Assembly: GCA_041576165.1 (NCBI GenBank)
Contig: JBFGLM010000035.1
Coordinates: 1 to 50,020 of the forward strand
Source: Acidimicrobiia bacterium
Lineage (GTDB): Bacteria; Actinomycetota; Acidimicrobiia; Spongiisociales; Spongiisociaceae
DNA length: 50,020 bases
Reading direction: 5' to 3'
The notes below the pieces were generated by a model. That model saw only the letters and a list, made by a program, of their open reading frames with translations. It was not told the origin of the DNA and made no database searches. The translations under genes and the position numbers were made by a program. Positions 8,269 through 17,834 of this stretch are shown here, piece after piece; positions within the stretch are counted from its first letter, which is position 1; each line of letters opens with the position of its first letter.

Positions 8269-9261
8269 TCATCCGACCAGGCGCAAGAAGGGGAAGAAGA
8301 TCGCGGCAGCCAGCACCGGGCCGTCGAGCACTGCAAACGTGCCGGCGGCCCGTTCCGCCAGGTAAACCTCGCCCGTCCGGAATGCGGCCCCGATGCCCCG
8401 GCCGGAGATCAACGCAATGGCCACCACAATGCCGGTGAGGAACCACGCAATGAGATCGAAGGAGTTCAGAGCAGCCACCCCTACTGCCACGGCAACGGCG
8501 ACCACGGCCCCGGCCGTGAATGGATCAACCACCGGACGGCACATGGCTCCCACCACCCACGTGACCAAGGTCGATGCCGCCGCCATTGCGACAAATGCCG
8601 CAACCTTGTCATCGCCGGCGGTGGAGAGGCGGGCCAGGGTCAGAGAAGATGTGGCACCCGCCGCAATGAGAGCCGCCAGCACCGTCGCGCACATCGATGT
8701 GAGGTTGCGGGCTTCCGGCCGTAGCACCACCCAGCCCAGCACTGCCACGACAGCGAAGGCCATTGCTATGCCGGCCCCACCTGCTCCCATGCCGGTTGCG
8801 GCCAGGGCGCCCATCAACCCGGCGGCGAGAATCGGCCAAGGATCGATGATCTCTCCGCTCGCCCCGCTCTGGACGCTGATATCGGCCGCCCACAGCCCAA
8901 CCAGACCCACCAGCAAGGCCACCATCAACGACACCGTGTCGAGCAACAGGTTGGCCGCGAGCAGGATGATCACGGCCACTGCCACGATGGCCGGCTCATA
9001 CCCGGAGGCTGCGCCGTAGGTCTGGGCGCCGCCGGACACCGGCGGGATCAGTGCGATCTCGTCGGATGCGGCCACCGGGCGGGATGGGTCGGCCTCGTCG
9101 CCATTGACCCACACCTTGGCGTGGGCCAGCCCCTCACCGAAGCGAGCTCCAAAACGGTCCGTCAGCTGAGCGAGGGCGTCCGCCACCGTGGCGGCGTCCA
9201 CCTCGAGGCGACCCGTTCCTGCCATCTCCCTGAGATTGGCGAACAGCCGGACCTGCGCCAT
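8269..9261 (-). CDS. MoaD/ThiS ubiquitin-like domain fused to a multi-TM domain
   Basis: MAQVRLFANLRE...DEIALIPPVSGG followed by ~250 aa of hydrophobic helices; RBS AGGAGAGAG. Confidence 0.85.
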   Translation of the reverse strand: MAQVRLFANLREMAGTGRLEVDAATVADALAQLTDRFGARFGEGLAHAKVWVNGDEADPSRPVAASDEIALIPPVSGGAQTYGAASGYEPAIVAVAVIILLAANLLLDTVSLMVALLVGLVGLWAADISVQSGASGEIIDPWPILAAGLMGALAATGMGAGGAGIAMAFAVVAVLGWVVLRPEARNLTSMCATVLAALIAAGATSSLTLARLSTAGDDKVAAFVAMAAASTLVTWVVGAMCRPVVDPFTAGAVVAVAVAVGVAALNSFDLIAWFLTGIVVAIALISGRGIGAAFRTGEVYLAERAAGTFAVLDGPVLAAAIFFPFLRLVG

Positions 9262-9376
9262 CTCTCTCCTTAGCAACGACGACGCCAGCGTACCCGCCCG
9301 GGGCCCCAGAACCCGCGCATCCGCCAAGGGCCGCGGGCCTCGGGCGCACTCGGCAGCTGCTGGGGCGAACGACAGG

Positions 9377-10480
9377 TCAGAGGTTGCCGCGGGCCGCCTG
9401 GTCGCGCTCGATGGCCTCGAACAATGCCTTGAAGTTGCCTTCACCGAACCCGATGGCACCCCGCCGCTCGATGAACTCGAAGAACACCGTGGGACGGTCC
9501 TGCAGCATGCGGGTGAATATCTGTAACAGATGTCCGCCGTCGTCCTCGTCGGCCAGGATATTGAGGGCTTTCAGATCCTCCGGATCTGCGTCGAGATCGG
9601 GGATGCGGATCATGAGATCCTGGTAGTAGGTGTCGGGAACTTTCATCATCATGAGGCCGCGCCCGGTCACGTCGCGCACGGTGCCCACCAGGTTGTCGCA
9701 GGCGATGGCGAGGTGTTGCACACCGGCCGTGCCGTAGAAGTCGAGGTACTCCTCGATCTGCGACTTACGCCGTCCTTCGGCTGGCTCGTTGATCGGCATC
9801 TTGATCACACCGTCGCCGTCCCACACGACCTTGGACATGAGGGCCGAATACTCGGTGCTAATCGCTTCATCGTCGAAATGCCGCAACAGCACAAACCCAA
9901 ACACCTGCTCGTAGAAATCGACCCAGCGGTTCATCTCGCCCAGCGGGACGTTTCCGACGACGTGATCGATGCGGGTGAAGCCGGCGGGCATTGCGACGGT
10001 GTCCTCCCACACCTCGAAATCCGGCGGGGGCCATGCACCGTCGGACTGGACGAAGGTGTGGAGCGTCTCCCCGTACGTATGGATAGCGGCCAGCGTGACC
10101 GACCCGTTCCGACCCTCCACCACGGTGGGCTTGTGGGCCGGCTGCGCGCCCCGTTCGAGGGCCAGGTCAAACGCAACCTCGGCGTCGGGGACCGCGAATG
10201 CCACGTCATGGACTCCGGGCCCGTGCTCCAGGACGTGACGTGAGATCTCATGGCCGGGCGACAGGGCGCCGGAGATGATGAACCGAACGTCGTTCTGCTG
10301 GAGCGCATACGACACGTGGTCGCGCACTCCGGTTTCGGGGCCGCGGTACCCGACGATTGCGTAGCCCATGAGCGCTCGGAAGAACTGCGCGCTCTGGTAG
10401 GCATTGCCCACCCAGAATTCGACGTGCGAGAAACCCTTGATTGGGAAGTCGTTCTTGTGGGCTGCGACTGCGTCAGACAT
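9377..10480 (-). CDS. hppD: 4-hydroxyphenylpyruvate dioxygenase
   Basis: IDHVVGNV, SQIEEYL..Y...GVQHLA, LLQIFT, FFEFIER.G..GFGEGNFKALFEAIE. Confidence 0.96.
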   Translation of the reverse strand: MSDAVAAHKNDFPIKGFSHVEFWVGNAYQSAQFFRALMGYAIVGYRGPETGVRDHVSYALQQNDVRFIISGALSPGHEISRHVLEHGPGVHDVAFAVPDAEVAFDLALERGAQPAHKPTVVEGRNGSVTLAAIHTYGETLHTFVQSDGAWPPPDFEVWEDTVAMPAGFTRIDHVVGNVPLGEMNRWVDFYEQVFGFVLLRHFDDEAISTEYSALMSKVVWDGDGVIKMPINEPAEGRRKSQIEEYLDFYGTAGVQHLAIACDNLVGTVRDVTGRGLMMMKVPDTYYQDLMIRIPDLDADPEDLKALNILADEDDGGHLLQIFTRMLQDRPTVFFEFIERRGAIGFGEGNFKALFEAIERDQAARGNL

Positions 10481-10505
10481 CGGAACCTCCGTTCGGCACG
10501 ATCCG

Positions 10506-10544
10506 GTGAATATCCGGCATGTGAATATCCTAGTGATATATCAC
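10506..10544. promoter_or_regulatory. Probable GntR operator between divergent hppD and gntR
   Basis: Palindrome GTGATATATCAC 10533-10544; direct repeat GTGAATATCC at 10506 and 10521. Confidence 0.6.
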
Positions 10545-10599
10545 AGATCTGCGGCCTGGTGTACCAGGCGCAGCATCGCCCCCACTAGCCTTTTGGCAC

Positions 10600-11292
10600 A
10601 TGACCGCTGCACCCGACCCGCGGATGTCGCTGACAGAGCTGGCCTATGCGCAGCTCAAGCAAGAGATCCTCCGATCCGAGCTGAAACCCGGATCGATCGT
10701 GATCGAGGCCGAGCTGGCTGAGCGGTTTGGATTCTCGAAGACCCCGATCCGCGAAGCTCTGCGGCTGCTGGTGCAGGACGGCTGGATCGAGGTGTTGCCC
10801 CGACGGGGGTATCTGGTCCGGCCGATCGGGCTGGACGACCTGCGCCAGATCTACGAGTTCCGCAGCTTGCTGGAACGCTCGATCATCCGCCTGGCAGCAC
10901 CGGCGATCGACCATGCCGTCATCGCCGCCTTGCGAGATGACATCGCGGCCCAGGCACGGGCGGGCGACTCCATCGAGGAGTCGATCCAGGCGTCACATCG
11001 CTTTCACACTCGCCTGGCGTATCTGACCTCGAACGACCGGATCGTTCGCACCCTCGAATCACTCCTGGATGAGGTGGAACGGCTGCTGAGGATGCTGCCC
11101 CAGCTAGTCAGCGTGATGACGAGCAACGAAGAGATCGAGGCGCATAGCGACCTCGTCGACGCACTCGAGGTAGGTGACACCGAACAGGCGGTGCGGTTGA
11201 TGGACAGCCACCTCCGCCAGATCGGCCGCACCCTCCTCGAGGCGTTAGGCGGGCTGGGCGGTCGTCCGGCCACGGATGCTGCCGCGGGGTGA
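10600..11292 (+). CDS. GntR (FCD) family transcriptional regulator
   Basis: LAERFGFSKTPIREAL HTH; FH...H...H FCD pattern. Confidence 0.93.
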   Translation: MTAAPDPRMSLTELAYAQLKQEILRSELKPGSIVIEAELAERFGFSKTPIREALRLLVQDGWIEVLPRRGYLVRPIGLDDLRQIYEFRSLLERSIIRLAAPAIDHAVIAALRDDIAAQARAGDSIEESIQASHRFHTRLAYLTSNDRIVRTLESLLDEVERLLRMLPQLVSVMTSNEEIEAHSDLVDALEVGDTEQAVRLMDSHLRQIGRTLLEALGGLGGRPATDAAAG

Positions 11293-11295
11293 CGC

Positions 11296-11961
11296 TCAGT
11301 CAATCGAGGTTGGCGCACGTCCGACTGTGCCCCCGTCGGTGCGCTGGCGCACCGTCACCAATCCCTGATAGGCGATGTCGGACAACCAGACGAAGAGGCC
11401 GGCGACGGCTGGGATCAGGACCAGGATCAGGACGACCACGGGCGTCGACATTTGCTCCCATTGCGGGAAGACCACAGCACCGATCAGCACCGGCAGTACG
11501 GCCCGTACAGCCCAGCGCGCCGGGTGCTCAGCCGGGATGGCAATTCCCCAACCCAAACCCAGCCCGGCCATGGCCGCGCCACTGAACCCGCTGATGTGAA
11601 ACAGCAAGGCCAGCAAACCGCCCAGCGTGATGCCGGTCAGACCCCTCACCACCGACTGCTGGGTGGTAGAGGCGTATGCCGCGGACCATACGCTCACTCC
11701 GAACGCAGCCGGAGCCACGATCCAGAAGACGACCGACACCGGCGTAGCGACGTCGGCAATGACGAATGTGCGGGATCCATAGTCGGCCAGGTAGATGATG
11801 CCATGCACGGCAAGCGCGACCCCGGCGGCCAGCAACATCAGGACGGCGGCTGCCAGCCCCCCGACGTATGCCCATACCACCCCGACCCATACCGCGCGTC
11901 GAACCGACTCACGGGTTGGCTCCCAAAACCAACTCGCTCTATCCAAGGTTCGCTCCGTCAT
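11296..11961 (-). CDS. Hypothetical multi-pass membrane protein
   Basis: About six hydrophobic segments; ATG at 11961 with GGGAG RBS. Confidence 0.75.
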   Translation of the reverse strand: MTERTLDRASWFWEPTRESVRRAVWVGVVWAYVGGLAAAVLMLLAAGVALAVHGIIYLADYGSRTFVIADVATPVSVVFWIVAPAAFGVSVWSAAYASTTQQSVVRGLTGITLGGLLALLFHISGFSGAAMAGLGLGWGIAIPAEHPARWAVRAVLPVLIGAVVFPQWEQMSTPVVVLILVLIPAVAGLFVWLSDIAYQGLVTVRQRTDGGTVGRAPTSID

Positions 11962-12103
11962 CTTGCTCCCACCAGACAAACGCCGCCGGCGCCGATTCCG
12001 TGCCCGATCTTCGCAGAAGATGCCCGCATGGTGGAAATAGGAAAGTCAGGTCCCCGGGCCAGTCCCAACGCGGCCGGCCGGCTCCTCAGCGGAGGTACGG
12101 GTA

Positions 12104-12676
12104 TCAGGTCAGAGTCGGTGCAACAACTGCGAACACGACCGCCAACATCATCATCGAGGGGACAACCGCGGTGACCACCGCCACCTGGGTCTCCGGGACG
12201 TGTAGCGCCCACAACACACGGGCAGCCAGGGCAAAACTCCAAATCGCCCCGATAGCCAGCCCGACTCCGGGGATGAGGCCCAGGCTGAGTGGCACCACGG
12301 TGAATCCGGCGGCCCGGAACAACGCGATGAAGCGGCCGGTACCTTCGAAGGCCTTCCCGATCAGCCACAGACCGGCCGCGTATACGACCAGGCCCACCCC
12401 AGCCGCCACGAAATTACGGATCGCCCATTCGACCGGATCCGAGATCACCCCTCGAATCGAGGCCGTCATGACTGCGAAAAACACGAGCGGCAATGTCTGA
12501 TCGGTCGCGCGAGGGTCGGAGCCGATGAGGCGGATGGCGTCGGCGTCGCCCTTCAGGACTGACAGCATTCGATGAGCAAGCGCGACGGACAATGCGACTC
12601 CCTGCAGCGGGACCTCCCGATCAGACCATCGGCCACTCCGTGCAACGCCTTGAGCATCCCTGAGCAAGGACGTCAC
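12104..12676 (-). CDS. Yip1-like membrane protein (start uncertain, possibly 12568)
   Basis: W.IGKAFEGTG.F..LFRAAGF..VP pattern; several TM helices. Confidence 0.7.
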   Translation of the reverse strand: MTSLLRDAQGVARSGRWSDREVPLQGVALSVALAHRMLSVLKGDADAIRLIGSDPRATDQTLPLVFFAVMTASIRGVISDPVEWAIRNFVAAGVGLVVYAAGLWLIGKAFEGTGRFIALFRAAGFTVVPLSLGLIPGVGLAIGAIWSFALAARVLWALHVPETQVAVVTAVVPSMMMLAVVFAVVAPTLT

Positions 12677-12807
12677 GCAATGAACTCGACGATGGGCACC
12701 GGGAACCTACGCAAACGCGGCGCCTCTCGGCCGGTCACCGGTTCCGGATCGCTGAACGTGAACGAGAAACGGCCGCGTCCCGGCATCGATCAGATGGAGA
12801 CCGCCGC

Positions 12808-13506
12808 TCACTCCGAGGGAGGAACCACGACCTCCCCGGTGCCGTCGCTGTTCAGCCTGACCGGCAGCTGATTGCCTGCGGCCATTATGGCGACGGTCGG
12901 GTTCTCTTCGAGCCAGTCTGAGTGATAGGTGTGCCGGACACCGTCGACCTTGCGTACCGCTACCACCCGGTATTGAAAACGTCCCTTGTCGTCCGGGCCA
13001 CGCGGTTGGACGTGGGAGAACGTTGCTGACACGGTCTCGGTCCCGCGATCGAGAAACGCCGGACGGGGCGGTTTATCCGCCTTGCGGGGGCGCCGGAAAC
13101 TTCGCACCACGACGAACCCGACGATGAACAAGCCGACGGTGCCGATGGCCATCATGACCGCAGGCAGCATCCACAGAGCCGCGAAGGTGTCCTCTATCGC
13201 ATCCTGGGGGTTGCTCGGGTCGTAGAGCACGTCGATCGGGGTGTCGCGCCCCGGCCGGCTGTTGGAGGTGACGGAGGAGCGGAACTGGTACGCATCGCCG
13301 TCACGCGTGGTGTAACGGATGATGGCCGTGAACTCGAGGTCGCCGCCGCCGGCCGCGCTCTGGTCGACCTCTGCGACCACCCCTTCAACCCGGACGTAGT
13401 TGTCCACGATGCTCTGGGACTCCAGCGCGGTTCCAACACCGGCGACGAGCAGCAACAGAAACACACCGCCAAAGAACAATGCGACGATACGCCCGACGAG
13501 TCTCAC
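12808..13506 (-). CDS. DUF3592-like membrane protein
   Basis: TM - EGVV...IRY...G..Y.F...VLYDPSNP..A - TM. Confidence 0.8.
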   Translation of the reverse strand: MRLVGRIVALFFGGVFLLLLVAGVGTALESQSIVDNYVRVEGVVAEVDQSAAGGGDLEFTAIIRYTTRDGDAYQFRSSVTSNSRPGRDTPIDVLYDPSNPQDAIEDTFAALWMLPAVMMAIGTVGLFIVGFVVVRSFRRPRKADKPPRPAFLDRGTETVSATFSHVQPRGPDDKGRFQYRVVAVRKVDGVRHTYHSDWLEENPTVAIMAAGNQLPVRLNSDGTGEVVVPPSE

Positions 13507-13624
13507 CTATGCCTCGCTCTTGTCCGGGTGGGCAATCCAGAGCCCGAATACAGTTTCGGCGGGGACTCCGCGTAGCTACACCCAATTAGCCGGTGACATG
13601 CCATGGCCGTGCTGTCGCACTAGG

Positions 13625-15064
13625 TCACCAGCTCGTATCGATCGGCCGGCCTTCGGCGTAGCCCGCCATGGTCTGCACCCCTACCGTTGCCCGCTCGTGC
13701 AGCTCATCGACGGTGCTCGCACCGGCGTACGAGCACGCAGACCGGACACCCGACACGATGCCGTCCAGAATGTCTTCGACGCTGGGAGTTACCGGATCGA
13801 GGTACATCCGCGACTCGGAGATGCCCTCTTCGAACATCTCTTTGCGAACTCGATCGTATGCACTCTCGGATTGGGACCGGTTCACGACCGCCCGCTTCGA
13901 CGCCATCCCGTAGTTCTCTTTGTACAGCCTCCCGTCCCGATCCCGCAACGTATCGGCGGCCGACTCGTAGGTCCCGGCGAACCAGGAGCCGATCATGACG
14001 TTGGCAGCCCCGGCCGCCAGCGCCAGCGCCACATCGCGGGGATGGCGCACGCCCCCGTCGGCCCAGACGTGGCGACCACGCGCCCGAGCGGCCGCGGCGC
14101 ATTCGAGCACCGTCGAGAACTGCGGCCGGCCGACACCGGTCATCATCCGGGTGGTGCACATGGCCCCCGGCCCAACCCCCACCTTGATGACGTCTGCGCC
14201 GGCGTCGATGAGATCGTTCACTCCGGAGGCGGTCACCACGTTGCCGGCAATGACCGGATGGTCCGAGGTGACAGACCGCACCGCCTTCAGGGCGTCCAGC
14301 ATCTTCTGCTGATGTCCGTGCGCAGTGTCGACCACGATCAAATCCACCCCGACTTCGACCAATCCCGCCGTCTTCGCCGCCACATTGCCGTTCACTCCGA
14401 TCGCCGCGGCCACCAGCAGCCGACCTTCCTGATCGAGCGCCGGCTGGTAGAGGCTGGCGCGAACGGCCGCCCGGTCCGTGATGATGCCGCGCAGCCGGCC
14501 ATGGTGATCGACCACGGGCGCGAGGTGCACGCGCCGCTCTGTGAGGTTTTCGAACATCATCTCGGGTGACAGGGACGCATCGAGCACGATCGGATGCGGC
14601 GTCATCACGCTGCTCAATGGCGAGAAACGGTCGACCCGGGCTCCATCGGCCTCAGTGAAGATTCCCACCGGCTGCGAGTCCTCGTCGACGATCACCACTG
14701 CGCCGTGGGCCCGTTTGTGGATGAGATCCATGGCCGAATTGATCGTGTCGGACGGATGTAGGACGATCGCGGTGTCGAAGACCAGGTCGGCAGCTTTGAC
14801 CGCGGCCGTCATGTCGGCGATCGCTTTCAGTTCGACGTCCTGGGGGAATACGGCGACACCGCCGCGGCGGGCAACCGTCTCCGCCATCCGGCGGCCCGCC
14901 ACCGCCGTCATGTTGGCCACCACCACCGGAATCGTCGTTCCCAGCCCGTCCGGCGTCCGCAGATCGACCTCCATACGAGATGTGACGTCGGCGAAGCCCG
15001 GAACCAGAAACACATCGGAATAGGTCAGGTCGAACGGCTGGCCAGCATCGTTGAGAAATCGCAT
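13625..15064 (-). CDS. guaB1: GuaB1 IMPDH-related protein (GMP reductase type) with CBS pair
   Basis: MRFLN...DLTYSDVF, VVANMTAVAGRRMAET, KVGVGPGAMCTTRMMTGVGRPQF. Confidence 0.93.
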   Translation of the reverse strand: MRFLNDAGQPFDLTYSDVFLVPGFADVTSRMEVDLRTPDGLGTTIPVVVANMTAVAGRRMAETVARRGGVAVFPQDVELKAIADMTAAVKAADLVFDTAIVLHPSDTINSAMDLIHKRAHGAVVIVDEDSQPVGIFTEADGARVDRFSPLSSVMTPHPIVLDASLSPEMMFENLTERRVHLAPVVDHHGRLRGIITDRAAVRASLYQPALDQEGRLLVAAAIGVNGNVAAKTAGLVEVGVDLIVVDTAHGHQQKMLDALKAVRSVTSDHPVIAGNVVTASGVNDLIDAGADVIKVGVGPGAMCTTRMMTGVGRPQFSTVLECAAAARARGRHVWADGGVRHPRDVALALAAGAANVMIGSWFAGTYESAADTLRDRDGRLYKENYGMASKRAVVNRSQSESAYDRVRKEMFEEGISESRMYLDPVTPSVEDILDGIVSGVRSACSYAGASTVDELHERATVGVQTMAGYAEGRPIDTSW

Positions 15065-15127
15065 CGTCAGACCTCCGCCTCCAAGTATCGCAGGGTTGGC
15101 GATCTGGAGAATCGAGCCGAAGGTCCT

Positions 15128-16954
15128 TCAGGTGTCACGGATGGCCACCCGGGAAACGACCGGCAGATGGCTACTCGAGGACTGGTCGACCACCCGAGCG
15201 CCGGCCGGACGCAGATCTTGGGAGATGAGGATGTAGTCGAGCTGGACTGTGGCGAGATCCGCGGGCCACGTCAACGGCGTGCTGTCGGGAACAGCCAGCG
15301 TCACGTCGAACATTCCTGCGTTGAGAAGTGTGGCGATCGGCTCGACGTCGGGCGGGCTGTCGAACGATCCGGCCAGGACCGTGCGAGGCTGGACACCCCA
15401 GATGTCGACGAGGGCCATCCCCACGTCGGGCGCCGGCGCGTCGGGGCCGACCGCATCCACCGCCAGTATTCGTAGCGCCCGGTCCTCCTCGCCCACCGTC
15501 AGCTCGATGACCTTCGCCACGCCGTCGATCGTGCGGTCGGCCACGCCGGCTGGCGCCACTGACAACCCGGCCGCCGCTCCTTCGCCATGCTCACTGCCCA
15601 CCCATTCGAGGGTGAATCCGGTGCGGCGCTGCAGGTACATCACGAGGTCAGCCGCTCCGTCCCGAATCCGGCCGCGGGCTACCTCCTGAATCGCCACCAC
15701 GTCCGCGTCAAGGTCGATGAGGATCTGGGCCGCGGCTTCCGGATCGAACAATCCATCGTCCGAAAACCCCCGCTCGAGATTGAACGTCGCAACCAGCAAC
15801 TCGCCGGCCGGTGGCGGTTCCAACAGGCGAGGCCCGCCCACCAGCGCCGAGCCCACCCCGATCACGACCGCTCCAAGGGCGAATACGGCAGCCAGTGGGG
15901 CGGTGCCCGAGGGGCCGGGGTTGTGCCGCAGCGACAGCCCCGCTACCGCCAGCAAGACGAGTCCGGTGCCCGCAATGACCTGGCTTGGTTCCAGGCTCCA
16001 CGTCGCTTGAGCCTCCCGCGCCACGACCGGCAGTATCGCGAGGGCGGGTACCGATCCCGTCGCCCACTGCAGCCGCTCCGGCGGTGCGGAAGAATCGCGC
16101 TCGAGCGCACCGATCAGCGCCACACCGCTGGAGGCGGCGAGCACGGCTACCAGCACTGCGCCCCACGCCCCGCTAGCTGTACCCAGCAGTAGGGTCGCGG
16201 CCAGCGCGATGACGGCAGCTACGACCGGCTGCGAGGCAGACCGCCCGGGAGTCTCCCAGATCAGCGCTGCGGCTACGCCCAGCGCCGGAGCCCCGACCGC
16301 CAGCCAGGCGGCACCGTCCGACAACACCGCCACCCATCCCGAGTTGGCCACGGCCATCACATGGAAGGCAACCCAGGCACCGATCATTGCCACCGCCACC
16401 GCCGGCACGCGCGCCGGCGGGCGGGTCGCCATCGTGAGCTGGCTCTCCACGGAGCTCGCCCCGACCATTGCGGCGCCTACTCCTAGTAGGGCGACCACCG
16501 GAAGCCATCCCCGCCACCACGGGAGCGGCAGGCTGGCCAGCGCGGCGAGGAGGGCAATGTCGGCCGCCGCCCCCAACAGCAGGCCGAGGCCAACCGTTCG
16601 CCCGCCATACGTGACCGCGTTGGCCGCGACCAACGCGCCGAACAGCCCCAGCAGTGCCGCGGCTGCGATCATCTGGCCGATGAACGTGGGTGAGGGATCG
16701 AGCAGTTGCATGGCGACCCGGACACCTGCCACGACCCCGGTCAATGCCAGCACGATGGCCCGATCGGCACGCTCCACGAGAGGTAGCGATACCAGCGCCA
16801 CCACGAAGACGATCAGCGCGCCGACGATCCGCAAGGACACGCTGCGAGAGCCCAGCGTGACGAGGACGCGGATCGCGTCGAACACGAAGACGGCCCCAGG
16901 CGCGAGGACCAGCATCGGAAGAACCGGCGTCCGCCGCGGGCCGCTACCGAGCAT
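15128..16954 (-). CDS. Multi-TM protein with C-terminal endonuclease/exonuclease/phosphatase-like domain
   Basis: About 12 TM helices, then ATFNL, DVVAIQEV, LDYIL, SHLPV. Confidence 0.8.
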   Translation of the reverse strand: MLGSGPRRTPVLPMLVLAPGAVFVFDAIRVLVTLGSRSVSLRIVGALIVFVVALVSLPLVERADRAIVLALTGVVAGVRVAMQLLDPSPTFIGQMIAAAALLGLFGALVAANAVTYGGRTVGLGLLLGAAADIALLAALASLPLPWWRGWLPVVALLGVGAAMVGASSVESQLTMATRPPARVPAVAVAMIGAWVAFHVMAVANSGWVAVLSDGAAWLAVGAPALGVAAALIWETPGRSASQPVVAAVIALAATLLLGTASGAWGAVLVAVLAASSGVALIGALERDSSAPPERLQWATGSVPALAILPVVAREAQATWSLEPSQVIAGTGLVLLAVAGLSLRHNPGPSGTAPLAAVFALGAVVIGVGSALVGGPRLLEPPPAGELLVATFNLERGFSDDGLFDPEAAAQILIDLDADVVAIQEVARGRIRDGAADLVMYLQRRTGFTLEWVGSEHGEGAAAGLSVAPAGVADRTIDGVAKVIELTVGEEDRALRILAVDAVGPDAPAPDVGMALVDIWGVQPRTVLAGSFDSPPDVEPIATLLNAGMFDVTLAVPDSTPLTWPADLATVQLDYILISQDLRPAGARVVDQSSSSHLPVVSRVAIRDT

Positions 16955-16993
16955 CAGATGAGCGTACTGCGCGTGACCTAGACCGCCGTACGG

Positions 16994-17773
16994 TCAACTG
17001 TTGCCGGAATCGATCAGCCGGGCGGCAGCGAGTTCCTCTGCCCGGCGCCGCCGGGACCGGGCAATGATGAACACCAGCGCCGCCACCACCACGCCGACGA
17101 CGACCGCCACACCGACGACGGAAGTAACCGACGGGCCCGAACCGGCGTCCGACACAGCGGTCAGAACCCGGGTGGTGTCACTCGATGTGATCTGCCAGAC
17201 CAGCGTCGACTCATCGATTGAGTCGGCATTGTGTTCGACGATCTCGCCGGGGAGGGTGACGATGAAACGTATCGTGAAGATCGTATCGATCACTCCGGCC
17301 AGGTCGAGGCCGGCGACCTCTTGACCGGACAGCGCATCCAATCCCTCGGCCATCTGGCTGAGGTCGGCCTGGAATCGGAACAGGTCGCCATCCCGGCTCA
17401 GGCCCAGGGTGCGGAATGTCTCGGGGAGAGCGAGCTCGGACTCCGCCAGCTGCTGATCGAATTCGTCGACTCGTATGCCGAGATCCGCGAAATCGGAGAA
17501 CTCGGTCGACACCCGAACGCCTTGAAAGACCCCGTCGGTGAAATCCGTGACCGTCCACGACGGAGGCACTTCCCCGAGCTGATCCGAGAAGTTCAGAAAC
17601 TGCTGGCCGCCTTGCTCCTCGAGCGCTTCGCGCAGCTCGTCGTCGAGGGACAGTTCGATCGAGAAGGTGCCCGACTCGTCGTCGCGCACGCTCAGATTCG
17701 AATCGAAACGAGCCTCACAGCCCGCCAGCAGAACGACGGTGAGCAGGACTGGAACCACGAACCGAGGTGACAT
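16994..17773 (-). CDS. LppM/DUF3153-like lipoprotein with C-terminal TM anchor
   Basis: Lipobox LAGC; VTLPGEIVEHNAD...LVW; C-terminal TM plus basic tail. Confidence 0.8.
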   Translation of the reverse strand: MSPRFVVPVLLTVVLLAGCEARFDSNLSVRDDESGTFSIELSLDDELREALEEQGGQQFLNFSDQLGEVPPSWTVTDFTDGVFQGVRVSTEFSDFADLGIRVDEFDQQLAESELALPETFRTLGLSRDGDLFRFQADLSQMAEGLDALSGQEVAGLDLAGVIDTIFTIRFIVTLPGEIVEHNADSIDESTLVWQITSSDTTRVLTAVSDAGSGPSVTSVVGVAVVVGVVVAALVFIIARSRRRRAEELAAARLIDSGNS

Positions 17774-17834
17774 TTGGTGTCCGTTGGTAGTGAACGGCGC
17801 CACGTTACCGCCGCACGCTGATTAGTCGTTCCGA

